The notes: generated from the sequence alone by a model not told the origin. Shown: positions 23,888-32,000, counted from the first letter of the stretch. The stretch is DNA of 32,000 nucleotides from Thermofilum pendens Hrk 5 (GCF_000015225.1 NC_008698.1:120001-152000); one strand, 5' to 3'. Made by a program: numbers and translations.

Positions 23888-25224
23888 TGGCTGAGAGCCT
23901 GATCGAAATTGGAGAAAAGATAAAGAACTACGCCCTGAGAGCGGGCTTCGAAGAGGTAGCGGTGCTCCTCTACAGGAGAGAGAGCGTGATGGTGAAGTTC
24001 GCGAACGGCGAGCCGAGCGTGACTCAAAACTGGACAGACCACGCGGCGGACATATACCTCGCGAAGGGCGGGAAGATACTCGGGACGTCCGCCCCGACGC
24101 ATTCACTGGAGGAAATATATAGGGTTATAGACTCGCTGCACCAGATGCAGGAGAGGCTACCCCCGTCTATGCTCTACGCCCCTCTACCAGAGCCAGAGAA
24201 GCACGAGCCTCTCCCGGGGCTCGTCGACAAAAGGATCGTTGAGGCGATAGAAGACCCGGCGCACGTATCGGAGGCTGTGGTCGAGGCCGCCAATAGGTAC
24301 AAGGTCGACAGCTTTGCCGGCATGCTACAGCTAACCTACGAGGTAAAGGCTCTCGTAAACAGCAAGGGAGCTTCCTTCTCCGAGGACTCGACGTACGTGA
24401 AGACCTACATCCGCTCCTTCGCGGGCGAGGGGTCCGGCCAGTGGTCTCTCGGCTCCCGCAGACTCTCGATCAGCGACGTCGAAAAGGTGGCTGAGACAGC
24501 TTCGCATCTAGCCTACCAGTCCAGGAGGCAGGAAGACTACCCACCTGGGAGAACAAATGTACTCCTGTCCCCCATGGTCGCCGGGAACTTCCTGAACTAC
24601 ATCGTCGAGATGGCCACTGCTTCGTCGATAATGATGGGGTTCTCTATCTTCATGAACAGGAAGCCCGGAGAGAAGGTTTCCTCGGAGCTACTGACTGTAG
24701 AGGATGCTCCGAGGCTCGCCGAGTTGCCGGGGTCGACGTCGTTCGACGACGAGGGTATAAGGACGTACACGAAGCCGGTAATCGAGAAAGGAGTGTTGAG
24801 GAATGTTCTCCATAACTCGAAGACTGCCTCGAAGCTAGGAGGTAAAACCACCGGCAACGCGGGGTTGGTGTTCCCGCGGGTCTGGAACATCAACGTTCAC
24901 CCAGGAGACTATACATTCGAGGAGCTACTGGCGGAGATGAAGGAGGGTCTCGTGGTTACAAACAACTGGTACACCAGACTACAGAACTACATAGAGGGTA
25001 CGTTCTCGACGATACTCAGGGACGCGATACTGATAGTCAGGAACGGCGAAATAGTGGGAGCCGCGAAGAAGCTCAGAATAGCGGACAGCTTCCCCAGGAT
25101 ACTCGAGAACATAGTGGCGCTAGGGAAGGAAACCTACGACATGTACTGGTGGGAAGTCGAGACCCCCACCAGGACGCCGTACATACTCGTCAAGGACGTT
25201 GGAACCTCAAGCCACACCGCTTAA
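23887..25224 (+). CDS. pmbA: PmbA/TldE protease partner
   Basis: TldD/PmbA-fold paralogue without the HExxxH site. Its ATG overlaps the tldD stop (TAATG). Confidence 0.85.
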   Translation: MAESLIEIGEKIKNYALRAGFEEVAVLLYRRESVMVKFANGEPSVTQNWTDHAADIYLAKGGKILGTSAPTHSLEEIYRVIDSLHQMQERLPPSMLYAPLPEPEKHEPLPGLVDKRIVEAIEDPAHVSEAVVEAANRYKVDSFAGMLQLTYEVKALVNSKGASFSEDSTYVKTYIRSFAGEGSGQWSLGSRRLSISDVEKVAETASHLAYQSRRQEDYPPGRTNVLLSPMVAGNFLNYIVEMATASSIMMGFSIFMNRKPGEKVSSELLTVEDAPRLAELPGSTSFDDEGIRTYTKPVIEKGVLRNVLHNSKTASKLGGKTTGNAGLVFPRVWNINVHPGDYTFEELLAEMKEGLVVTNNWYTRLQNYIEGTFSTILRDAILIVRNGEIVGAAKKLRIADSFPRILENIVALGKETYDMYWWEVETPTRTPYILVKDVGTSSHTA

Positions 25225-26298
25225 CCCTTCGCCCATAACAGTTTGTTTTTCTCTGGCTTCCCTCGAGGCCCTTCTCGCCAAGAATACTGCGAGTATAGCG
25301 GCTATGAAGATGGGTATAGTGACTACTAGGAGCAAGTGGGGGCTCCAGAGAGGGGGCTGAGCTATCTCTAGGCGCGTAGCCCTAGCCCTGTCGAGTATCG
25401 AGTCACCCGAGTACAGCTCGACTTCTACGGGGGCGTTCCTGACCGATGGGAAAACGACGTCCAGCTTCTCGCCCACGAAAAGGTAGACTTTCCTCGCCTG
25501 CTCCGGCTGGGACAGTACGCGTATGTAGACGTAGCCGCTCGTCGAGCCAACGTTCTTAACGGTTACGTGGAGCCCGTCGGCAAGTATCACGGCGTCCTCT
25601 ATGACCGCTTTGACCTCCGGAGGTTCACCGACTTTCCGCAGGCCCGGGATTTCCAGCTGGAAAACGTAGAAGTCTGGGGCTTCCTGTTCGTTGTGGTTCA
25701 CCCAGAGGAGACCTCCGCCTAGCCGCTCTGGGCCGTGAGCGTACGGCGGCTCCCACCTGTACCCGTAGAGCCTTGTCCCGTTGAAAACTACCTCGAGCAC
25801 GTCTATCCAGCTCCTCGGATCCGTACTCGTGAAGCTGTCCCGAACTTTGACCTCGTAGAGAGAGTCGTTGAGGCTTCTCACGTAGTTACTAGTGTTGAGC
25901 CAGATAACGATTGATACTATGTACGCGCCCGTAAACCTCTCCATTCTCCCTGTACCGGTGACGTCGCACAGTACTGTTTCGCCGTAGCTCTTCTCCATGT
26001 ACTTGACAACCCTGTACGTCAGAAGCCTAGGGTTATCGGAAAACATGAGGAGAGCGTAATTCACCATCTGGGAGAGAGACCTATTCATGTCTTGTGCTAC
26101 CTCTGGGTCGTTCAAAAGGCTCCTGCCGTCAACGGTGAACGGGTGTAGTTTCTCGTCGACGCGAACTGTTCCGTCGGCGTTGAAAGTTAGGCGGAAGTTA
26201 AGCGCGATCCAGTACCTTGGCTGCGTGATCACTGGCTCTCCGAAGGCCAGGAATAGGAGCAGGCAGAGGAAGAGCAGTGCCTGTGCACGCCGCTCCAT
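25207..26298 (-). CDS. secreted hypothetical protein with C-terminal TM anchor
   Basis: The ATG at 26298 gives the signal sequence MERRAQALLFLCLLLFLAFG. C-terminal TM LLLVVTIPIFIAAILAVFLA plus a basic tail, and several N-x-S/T sequons. It starts 1 nt after the transglutaminase-like gene stop. Confidence 0.6.
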   Translation of the reverse strand: MERRAQALLFLCLLLFLAFGEPVITQPRYWIALNFRLTFNADGTVRVDEKLHPFTVDGRSLLNDPEVAQDMNRSLSQMVNYALLMFSDNPRLLTYRVVKYMEKSYGETVLCDVTGTGRMERFTGAYIVSIVIWLNTSNYVRSLNDSLYEVKVRDSFTSTDPRSWIDVLEVVFNGTRLYGYRWEPPYAHGPERLGGGLLWVNHNEQEAPDFYVFQLEIPGLRKVGEPPEVKAVIEDAVILADGLHVTVKNVGSTSGYVYIRVLSQPEQARKVYLFVGEKLDVVFPSVRNAPVEVELYSGDSILDRARATRLEIAQPPLWSPHLLLVVTIPIFIAAILAVFLARRASREAREKQTVMGEGLSGVA

Positions 26299-26299
26299 C

Positions 26300-27322
26300 C
26301 TAGTCACCCCTCCCGAAGTAGTACTCAACGTACTCCAGCGTTAGGTAGCTTGGTATCGCGCTACTGGAGAGGGAGGAACCGTAGTACTTCGTCTCCTCTA
26401 CCCCAAACAGTATGTGCCTCGCACTGTATACTCCAACGTTAGGCGCCATGCCGTCGAGCATGTCAACGTCTATCCACCCATATGGCTCCACGTAGACCTG
26501 CGGCCACATATGCCCACCCCAGTGCGTCAAGATGTTCTCGCCCTCGGCCTCTATGGTGGAGAAGTTGAGCCACATGCGCTCACTGTCCGTTAGGAGGATT
26601 CCGAACGCCGTCCTGGCGGGTACCCCGAGAATCCTAGCCATCGTCACGAAGACGTCCGCTACCTCGACGCAGTCCCCGGTGATCGCGTAGCCTCTATACC
26701 CGTACGTGACTGCGTGGTCGCTCCCGGCTCTTCCGAAAGAGACCCGGTAGTTCCCCCTGTTCGCTTGCTCGACCCAGGACGCCAGCTTCTTCACCGTCGA
26801 GAGAGGGGTCTGCGCGAAGGCAACCTCCCTTGCCAGCCTAATCAGCGTCACGTTATAGACATTCCAGTAGCCGGACGACACGGTATACCTGCGTACGAAG
26901 CTTAGTGGCGGCCAGTCGCCTTTAGACGCCGACTCGTCTATCTGGTAGCTGTACACCACGACTACGTAGGACACGTTTACCCAGTACTTGCGGCCGGGCT
27001 CCGCCCTAACGAGCACAACGGCGTAGGTATTGCCGTCCTCATCCACCACGAACCGCAGGGGCTTCGGGTTTATTGAGACCACGTAGCTCTTCTGGAAAGT
27101 TGTGTTCTGAGGAAGCGCCACGTATACGTAGTCGTTCACGGAGACGTTGTTCTCGTTTTTCAGGAGGAAGCCCCCAGTAATCCTGTAAGTCACCTTGCCT
27201 GTGACAAACACGCCTGTGACAGCGGCTTCGCCGGTCGCGCGGGAAAAACCCGGAGCCAATAAGGCGAGCAGTAGCAGTAGAGAAGCTACCAGGCGTACGT
27301 TGATCTTCACGAACTCACCCAC
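26300..27322 (-). CDS. secreted transglutaminase-like cysteine protease superfamily protein
   Basis: Signal peptide VRLVASLLLLLALLAPGFS. Catalytic-triad-type motifs are GDCVEVADVFVTMARILGVPAR (Cys), GGHMWPQVYV (His) and WIDVDM (Asp). GTG start at 27322; a second GTG lies 12 nt downstream. Confidence 0.75.
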   Translation of the reverse strand: MGEFVKINVRLVASLLLLLALLAPGFSRATGEAAVTGVFVTGKVTYRITGGFLLKNENNVSVNDYVYVALPQNTTFQKSYVVSINPKPLRFVVDEDGNTYAVVLVRAEPGRKYWVNVSYVVVVYSYQIDESASKGDWPPLSFVRRYTVSSGYWNVYNVTLIRLAREVAFAQTPLSTVKKLASWVEQANRGNYRVSFGRAGSDHAVTYGYRGYAITGDCVEVADVFVTMARILGVPARTAFGILLTDSERMWLNFSTIEAEGENILTHWGGHMWPQVYVEPYGWIDVDMLDGMAPNVGVYSARHILFGVEETKYYGSSLSSSAIPSYLTLEYVEYYFGRGD

Positions 27323-27397
27323 TGCTCAGAGCGTCTATAGGAGACATAAAGTTATCTACACCCACGCCCCGTGGCAAGCGCATCTGGGCCTGCCCGG

Positions 27398-28321
27398 CTA
27401 GCAGGGTAGAACCCGTGTCCCGGAACCTCCTTCAACCGCCTCCAGCATCCTGTCCAAGTGAGCTATTACGGCTACTTTCCCCGTTTTCGCCGCGTAAAGC
27501 GCGGCCGCCTCTACTTTTGGGCCCATGCTTCCCCTAGGGAAAACCCCCTTGTTCACCAATTCGAGGGCTTCGCGCGCACAGAGCTCTTCCACCAGCCTCT
27601 GTGAGGGTGTTCCGTAGTCTAAGTAGACACCTTCAACATCGGTTAGTATGACGAACTTCTCGGCGTTTAGCTCCTGCGCTAGTAGCGACGATGCCAGGTC
27701 CTTGTCTATGACTGCGTCGACCCCCTCGTACCCCTTGCCGCTCCTGACGACGGGTATACCCCCTCCCCCCACCGCCACTACGATGTCCACTTCCCCTGCA
27801 AGCCTCTTCACGACCTCTAGCTCCACGATTCTCTTAGGCCGCGGCGACGGAACAACGCGCCTCCAGCCCTTACCGGGAACATTCACCAAGGTCCACCCTT
27901 TCTCGAGTAGACGGGGAACCTCGCTTTCCTGGTAGTAGGGCCCTATAGGCTTGGAGGGCGACTTGAACGCCGGGTCCTCGGCGTCGACTTCCACCCGAGT
28001 CGTCAACACGGCGACCTTCAGGGATGGATCCACGCTTGAGACTGCCTGCTGAACCATGTAGCCTATGAGGCTCTGAGTCATTGCGACACAGGCGTGTAGC
28101 GGCATGCCCGGCACCTCCTTGAAGGCTTCTTGCTGGAGGTACAGGTTTCCCACTTGGGGTCCGTTCCCGTGCGTGATTACAAGCTTGTACCTGGATGCCA
28201 GCCGGGCGATGTGTCCCGAAACTCTCTGAAGGTTTCTAACCTGTTCTTCAAAAGTGCCTCTCTCCCCAGTCCTTAGCAGAGCGTTGCCTCCCAGCGCCAG
28301 CACTACGAGATCCTTGCTCAC
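27398..28321 (-). CDS. arcC: carbamate kinase
   Basis: Motifs VLALGGNAL, ITHGNGPQVG and VGGGGIPV; 307 aa. GTG start. Confidence 0.9.
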   Translation of the reverse strand: MSKDLVVLALGGNALLRTGERGTFEEQVRNLQRVSGHIARLASRYKLVITHGNGPQVGNLYLQQEAFKEVPGMPLHACVAMTQSLIGYMVQQAVSSVDPSLKVAVLTTRVEVDAEDPAFKSPSKPIGPYYQESEVPRLLEKGWTLVNVPGKGWRRVVPSPRPKRIVELEVVKRLAGEVDIVVAVGGGGIPVVRSGKGYEGVDAVIDKDLASSLLAQELNAEKFVILTDVEGVYLDYGTPSQRLVEELCAREALELVNKGVFPRGSMGPKVEAAALYAAKTGKVAVIAHLDRMLEAVEGGSGTRVLPC

Positions 28322-28338
28322 AAGTCTTACTCGCGCAT

Positions 28339-28358
28339 GTAAATAAAAAATTTTTAAC
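28339..28358 (-). promoter_or_regulatory. A/T-rich TATA region for carbamate kinase
   Basis: The minus strand reads GTTAAAAATTTTTTATTTAC, 18-37 nt upstream of the GTG at 28321. A TTTTTCGTT tract precedes it and could terminate the moaD/modE-like transcript. Confidence 0.45.
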
Positions 28359-28452
28359 GAAAAACATATACTGGCGACTCCACAATGGTCGGTCTTCGTT
28401 CACGCCTGCAGGGCTTAGATTCGAGAAAGCTTCAAGGCTATCCCTCTGAGGA

Positions 28453-28782
28453 TCAATCCGCCTGAATTTGGGAAAGAGCCTCGCCGACAACCCTCTCGGC
28501 TTCGAGGTAGAGCTTCAGGAGTTTTCGCGCCTCCTCCGTCAGGACCATCCCGCCGTGGCGTTGCCCTCCTCTGCGGCGCTCGATTAGCGTGACGCCGGCT
28601 CTCTCCTCTAGCTTTTTCAGGTAGCTCCACGCGAAGCTATAGGAGTAGCCCAGCGCCTCTGCCGCCGCGTGGAGAGACCCTTTCTCTTCGATAGCCTTTA
28701 ATAGCTCCGCACCCCCCTTGCCGAGAATAGGCTTACCGTCCTTTACGAGCCACACCTTGTACCTGACTTCGATGTCGCCCAA
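28453..28782 (-). CDS. ModE N-terminal-domain-like (LysR-type wHTH) regulator without a Mop/TOBE domain
   Basis: LLKAIEEKGSLHAAAEALGYSYSFAWSYLKKLEERAGVTLIERRRGGQRHGG..LTEEARKLL matches the ModE N-domain pattern. It is only 109 aa. TTG start, 3 nt after the MoaD-like stop. Confidence 0.7.
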   Translation of the reverse strand: MGDIEVRYKVWLVKDGKPILGKGGAELLKAIEEKGSLHAAAEALGYSYSFAWSYLKKLEERAGVTLIERRRGGQRHGGMVLTEEARKLLKLYLEAERVVGEALSQIQAD

Positions 28783-28785
28783 GCG

Positions 28786-29049
28786 CTAGCCCCCCGCTAT
28801 GGGTGGAAAAACTGCTACCACGTCGCCGTCTTTCAGCTGGGTGCTCTGGACGAACTGTATGTGCCTCCCGTTCACCAGTATTATCCTGTCACGCCTGTAA
28901 TCGTCTCCCTCGAAAACCTCCTCCACGAAGTCCCTTCCGAGGATCCTGGCAGCCTCCTCTACGCAACCACGCAGGCTTCCATCGCAATCGACGCTTACCT
29001 CGGGTACCCCGTACTTGTCTCTCAGCGTAGCGAAAAGCAAGAACTTCAC
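28786..29049 (-). CDS. MoaD/ThiS-family ubiquitin-like sulfur-carrier protein
   Basis: Ends in ...VAVFPPIAGG, a C-terminal Gly-Gly. The GTG at 29049 gives the typical length of about 87 aa (MKFLLFATLRDKYG...). The GTG at 29061 is an alternative, and the track start at 29121 runs through the A/T-rich promoter. Confidence 0.7.
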   Translation of the reverse strand: MKFLLFATLRDKYGVPEVSVDCDGSLRGCVEEAARILGRDFVEEVFEGDDYRRDRIILVNGRHIQFVQSTQLKDGDVVAVFPPIAGG

Positions 29050-29132
29050 GTGTACACGCACATGTAGAGAATTTCTCCGAAGATTCAAAAACTTTTTTCT
29101 AGAGGATTTCGCCTCGAACACTAGAGGCTCGT
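29050..29132. promoter_or_regulatory. divergent promoter region between the moaD-like and polyferredoxin genes
   Basis: A/T box AAAAACTTTTTT at 29086-29098. Perfect 10-bp palindrome CGTGTACACG at 29049-29058. Direct repeat CTAGAGG at 29099-29105 and 29121-29127. Confidence 0.4.
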
Positions 29133-30500
29133 ATGAGCGTCTGCGTAGTCAGGTGCCGAGACTTTGAAGGAGACGTTGCCGGTAGGCTGGCGCGCATACT
29201 GGAGGACTGCGAGGGGGTGGTGCTTCTCGGCGACTCCTCGTGCACGGAGAGGTGGGCCGGTATAGTTGAGGAGCTACGCGTGAGGGGTGCCAGGTGGTAC
29301 AGGCTCGTGTATGTCGATGAGGAAAGGGATCCGTTGCTCTCCTCGCTCAGCGTTGATGCCGTGGTGGATCTATGGAGGAAATTCCTGGAGGAAACCAAGG
29401 ACGTAGCCCCCGAGGTAAAGTTCGAGGCCTCCAAGCGTGTATCTAGACGGGAGCTACTGAGCTCGGGGCTCGGCGTGCTCCTCACTTACACTTCCATCCC
29501 GGCGGTAGACTCCTCTAGGTGCCTTACCCTGAGAAACTGCGATGTGTGCTTGTCCTCGTGCCCCTACGACGCGATGAGCGGCAAGCCGCCTAAACCCGAC
29601 GCTGACAGGTGCGTAGAGTGCGGGCTTTGCACCTCCAGCTGTCCCTCCGGCTTGATGTTCACTCCTCACATCCCTCCGGAGAAGCTTAGAACCTTGATAA
29701 AGGGTGCTCGAAGAGGGGGTTGCGAAGCCCTCCTCGTGGTGTGCCCCAAAACCCGCCGCTTAGCCTACGGGGACTTTGGAGAAGCGTCGCCGAGAGGCTT
29801 CCTGATAGAGCTCCCCTGCGTAGCTTCCCTGAGGATTCACGAGTACCTATATGCCAAGGCTTTGGGAATGGACGTTTTCCTCTACGCCCCGAGTAACGTG
29901 TGTTCCGGTTGCCCAAGAGTATCTGCGCGCGACGCGTTTCTAAGCATGGTTAGAGAGGCGGACAACATCACGGAGAAACGGGCGGCGGAGCCTACCCCGG
30001 GTCCCCTGCCGGCGGTGTTCTCGCATGTCTCGAGAGAAGACGTGAACCAATGGTTAAGCCTAGAGTTCCTGCCGATTTTCCGCGTATCGGTAAAGGATAG
30101 TTGTACTCTGTGCGGCGCCTGCGCGAAGAACTGCCCAGAGAAAGCCTTAAACGCCGTTGCTTCGAGCGGGAGGGTCGAGCTACGCTTCTACCCCTGGAGG
30201 TGTATTGGATGCCGGGAATGCGTAGAGGTGTGCCCAGAGGACGCGGTAGAGATAGACAGGGCGGCTAACCCAGCGCTAATGTCGAGGCACGAGCACATTG
30301 TTCTCTCGTCCTCCGAGATGGCACGTTGCTCTAAGTGCGGTAGAGAAATAGCGCCCGAGAAGCTCGTAGCGTCGCTCGAGGCTAAAATGACGCGGAAAGG
30401 TTTACCCCGAGAGGTCGTCTCAAGCCTCAGAATATGCGACGAATGCAAGCGTAAAAGCATGGTGGAAGAGCTCGAGAAAAGCCTGGAGATAGCCGGGTAA
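29133..30500 (+). CDS. multi-cluster 4Fe-4S protein (polyferredoxin) with a central MvhD/FlpD-like region and a C-terminal Cys4 ribbon
   Basis: Ferredoxin motifs CVECGLCTSSCP, CTLCGACAKNCP and CIGCRECVEVCP, plus the variant C-x6-CDVCLSSCP. The central ALLVVCPKTRR...ELPCVASLRIHEYLYAKALGMDVFLYAPSNVCSGC resembles hydrogenase delta-subunit (MvhD) domains. The C-terminus carries CSKCG...CDEC. Confidence 0.7.
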   Translation: MSVCVVRCRDFEGDVAGRLARILEDCEGVVLLGDSSCTERWAGIVEELRVRGARWYRLVYVDEERDPLLSSLSVDAVVDLWRKFLEETKDVAPEVKFEASKRVSRRELLSSGLGVLLTYTSIPAVDSSRCLTLRNCDVCLSSCPYDAMSGKPPKPDADRCVECGLCTSSCPSGLMFTPHIPPEKLRTLIKGARRGGCEALLVVCPKTRRLAYGDFGEASPRGFLIELPCVASLRIHEYLYAKALGMDVFLYAPSNVCSGCPRVSARDAFLSMVREADNITEKRAAEPTPGPLPAVFSHVSREDVNQWLSLEFLPIFRVSVKDSCTLCGACAKNCPEKALNAVASSGRVELRFYPWRCIGCRECVEVCPEDAVEIDRAANPALMSRHEHIVLSSSEMARCSKCGREIAPEKLVASLEAKMTRKGLPREVVSSLRICDECKRKSMVEELEKSLEIAG

Positions 30501-30516
30501 AAGAAAAACAAAAAAT
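30501..30516 (-). terminator. oligo-T terminator after the AOR gene
   Basis: The minus strand after the TAA stop (30519-30517) reads ATTTTTTGTTTTTCTTTT. It fills the 16-nt gap between the two convergent genes. Confidence 0.45.
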
Positions 30517-32000
30517 TTAAGGTTCGATTCCAAGCTCCTTCAGCTTCTCCTTGGTTGGCACTCCGTTGACCCAGCCTCTGATCTTGTAGTACTCCTCCAG
30601 CATCTTGTCGAGCTCGACGACCTGTCCCTTAGCAGGCCCCTCGGGCATCGGCTCTTTGAGGAGGCGCGGGGGCAGCGTGTCGTCCTTGGCAGAGAAGCCG
30701 TACAGCGACATCATGTACCTCTCGAGGTTGTAGATCCTTTCACCTATTGTTAGCACGTCCTTCTCCGTGAAGTTGAATCCCGCGATCGTGTTGAAGAGGT
30801 CGGCGTAGTCCTTCGCGCCTATCTCGAAGGTCGTGAACAGGCAGTTAACCGCCGAGTTAACGACGCTCGTGAGGTCCTGGAAGACTTTAACCCACTGAGC
30901 CTTGCCTTCGGGCGTTAAGGGGTCGATTTTCTGCGGGATACCAAGGATCTCCGGGGATATGGTGTAGCCAGTGACGTGGCAACCTCCCCTGTTGGCGGTG
31001 GCGTACTCGAGTCCTATGCCCTTCGCTCCTCTCGGGTCGTAAGCCGGCATTTCGAGGCCTTTCACGCTCATAGAGAGTTCCGGTGCGCCGTACATTTCGG
31101 CGAGTCTCCTGCTACCGAGCGCGAGCTTCGCTCCGAAGCCGGACTTGTAGGCAGTCCTCCAGACAGCTTCTACGAGCGCCGCCGCGTTTCCGAACCTGAG
31201 GTCTAGGCCCTGGAGATCCTCCTGCGGTATGTAGCCCTTTTCGTAGAGCTCCATTGCGGCTGCAATTGTGCTTCCCATGCTGATGGTGTCCAGCCCGAAC
31301 TCGTCGCAGTAGTGGTTAGCCTTGATTATCGCCGCGAGATCCATTACTCCCGTAGCGTTTCCGAGAGCCCAGATGGACTCGTACTCTGGTCCCTCGGAGT
31401 ACAGTATCTGGAAGGGTCCCGAGGGCACCTTGACTACTCTACCGCACCCGATCTGGCAGCCCCAGCACGGCCTCCTCGAGATTAGGTAGGTCTTCTCGAG
31501 CGTCTCCCCGCTTATCTTGTCAGCCTCTGGGTTGTAGCCGAACTGCCAGTTCTTGTATGGAAGCATTCCCGCCTGGTTGATTATGTTCACGAGGACTGCC
31601 GTACCGTACTTGGGCAACCCTCCGCCGGTGACCGGGTTCTTCCTTATCCTCTCGATGAGGCTCTTGGAGAGCTCCCGGAACCTCTCGGGGTCCGCTACCT
31701 GCGGCTTGCCCTCACCCGAGACGACTATAGCCTTCAGCTTCTTGCTCCCCATTACTGCTCCTACTCCGGTACGCCCCGCAGCCCTGTGGTCGTCGTTCAT
31801 TATGTTCGCGAATAGCACTAGGTTCTCTCCTGCCGGGCCTATGCACGCGACGCTCACGTTTTTACCCTTAACCCTGGACTTGAGCACCCTGGTGGTATCG
31901 AAGACGTTTTTACCCCAGAGGTCGGACGCGTCCTTTATCTCCACGTGTCCGTCGACGATCTCGATGTATACAGGCTTCTCGGATGCACCCTCGATGAATA
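30517..32000 (-). CDS. aor: tungsten-type aldehyde:ferredoxin oxidoreductase (AOR family), N-terminus beyond the window end
   Basis: [4Fe-4S] ligand motif RRPCWGCQIGCGR (C-x2-C-x3-C), pterin-binding type DEFGLDTISMG, and GGCHVTGYT. The frame stays open upstream of the track start, with 31945-32000 reading ...IEGASEKPVYIEIVDGHVEIKD. The gene is therefore 5'-truncated by the window. Confidence 0.9.
   Translation of the reverse strand, partial: FIEGASEKPVYIEIVDGHVEIKDASDLWGKNVFDTTRVLKSRVKGKNVSVACIGPAGENLVLFANIMNDDHRAAGRTGVGAVMGSKKLKAIVVSGEGKPQVADPERFRELSKSLIERIRKNPVTGGGLPKYGTAVLVNIINQAGMLPYKNWQFGYNPEADKISGETLEKTYLISRRPCWGCQIGCGRVVKVPSGPFQILYSEGPEYESIWALGNATGVMDLAAIIKANHYCDEFGLDTISMGSTIAAAMELYEKGYIPQEDLQGLDLRFGNAAALVEAVWRTAYKSGFGAKLALGSRRLAEMYGAPELSMSVKGLEMPAYDPRGAKGIGLEYATANRGGCHVTGYTISPEILGIPQKIDPLTPEGKAQWVKVFQDLTSVVNSAVNCLFTTFEIGAKDYADLFNTIAGFNFTEKDVLTIGERIYNLERYMMSLYGFSAKDDTLPPRLLKEPMPEGPAKGQVVELDKMLEEYYKIRGWVNGVPTKEKLKELGIEP

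Noticed and set aside
28375-28452. Possible short plus-strand ORF (26 aa from the ATG at about 28384) or antisense transcript driven by the palindromic A/T box at 28339-28358.
   Set aside because: The peptide is very short and featureless. The A/T box is adequately explained as the carbamate kinase promoter.
1-32000. Search for CRISPR arrays, IS or transposase genes, integrases, tRNA or rRNA genes, and abrupt compositional islands.
   Set aside because: None seen. The only AT-rich stretches are short intergenic promoter or terminator spacers (4580-4704, 7393-7554, 28322-28452), and no spaced direct-repeat array is present.

Overview
Gene-dense, GC-rich (by eye) chromosomal window that looks archaeal. 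A/T-rich TATA-like boxes sit about 25-40 nt upstream of many starts. AGG/AGA are the usual Arg codons, GTG/TTG starts are frequent, and several stop/start overlaps occur (GTGA, TTGA, TAATG). Gene content suggests an anaerobic, peptide-fermenting hyperthermophilic crenarchaeon; I cannot name the species. I support about 35 protein genes and found no rRNA, tRNA, CRISPR array, transposase or integrase.

Gene order, left to right:
- (-) peptide ABC importer operon: binding protein, two permeases, two ATPases, plus a partial downstream gene.
- (-) Lrp/AsnC regulator.
- (-) anchored beta-propeller surface protein.
- (-) MBL hydrolase, then PAPS-reductase-like PP-loop ATPase, then PD-(D/E)xK nuclease with HTH.
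- (-) KipA/PxpC-like protein, PccB-type carboxyltransferase, small ORF, biotin carrier.
- (-) processive-type GT2 synthase.
- (+) small protein, Ogt, divergent ArsA-like ATPase.
- (+) DUF4129 membrane protein, 2-TM ORF, MoxR, DUF58, polytopic membrane protein.
- (-) Zn-lid adenylate kinase.
- (+) TldD/PmbA.
- (-) secreted transglutaminase-like protein plus anchored partner.
- (-) carbamate kinase.
- (-) MoaD-like plus ModE-N-like regulator, divergent from a (+) polyferredoxin.
- (-) tungsten-type aldehyde:ferredoxin oxidoreductase, truncated by the window end.

There is no clear-cut novel system. The best candidates for follow-up are:
1. the coupled PP-loop ATPase and nuclease pair;
2. the KipA-like/carboxyltransferase/BCCP operon, which lacks a biotin carboxylase or pump subunit nearby;
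3. a MoxR-DUF58 module whose TgpA-like parts appear split over several genes;
4. a 2-TM ORF with no usable start codon, which suggests a frameshift;
5. the MoaD/ModE-N/polyferredoxin/AOR neighbourhood.

All family assignments rest on motifs I read in the translations. No database search was run.
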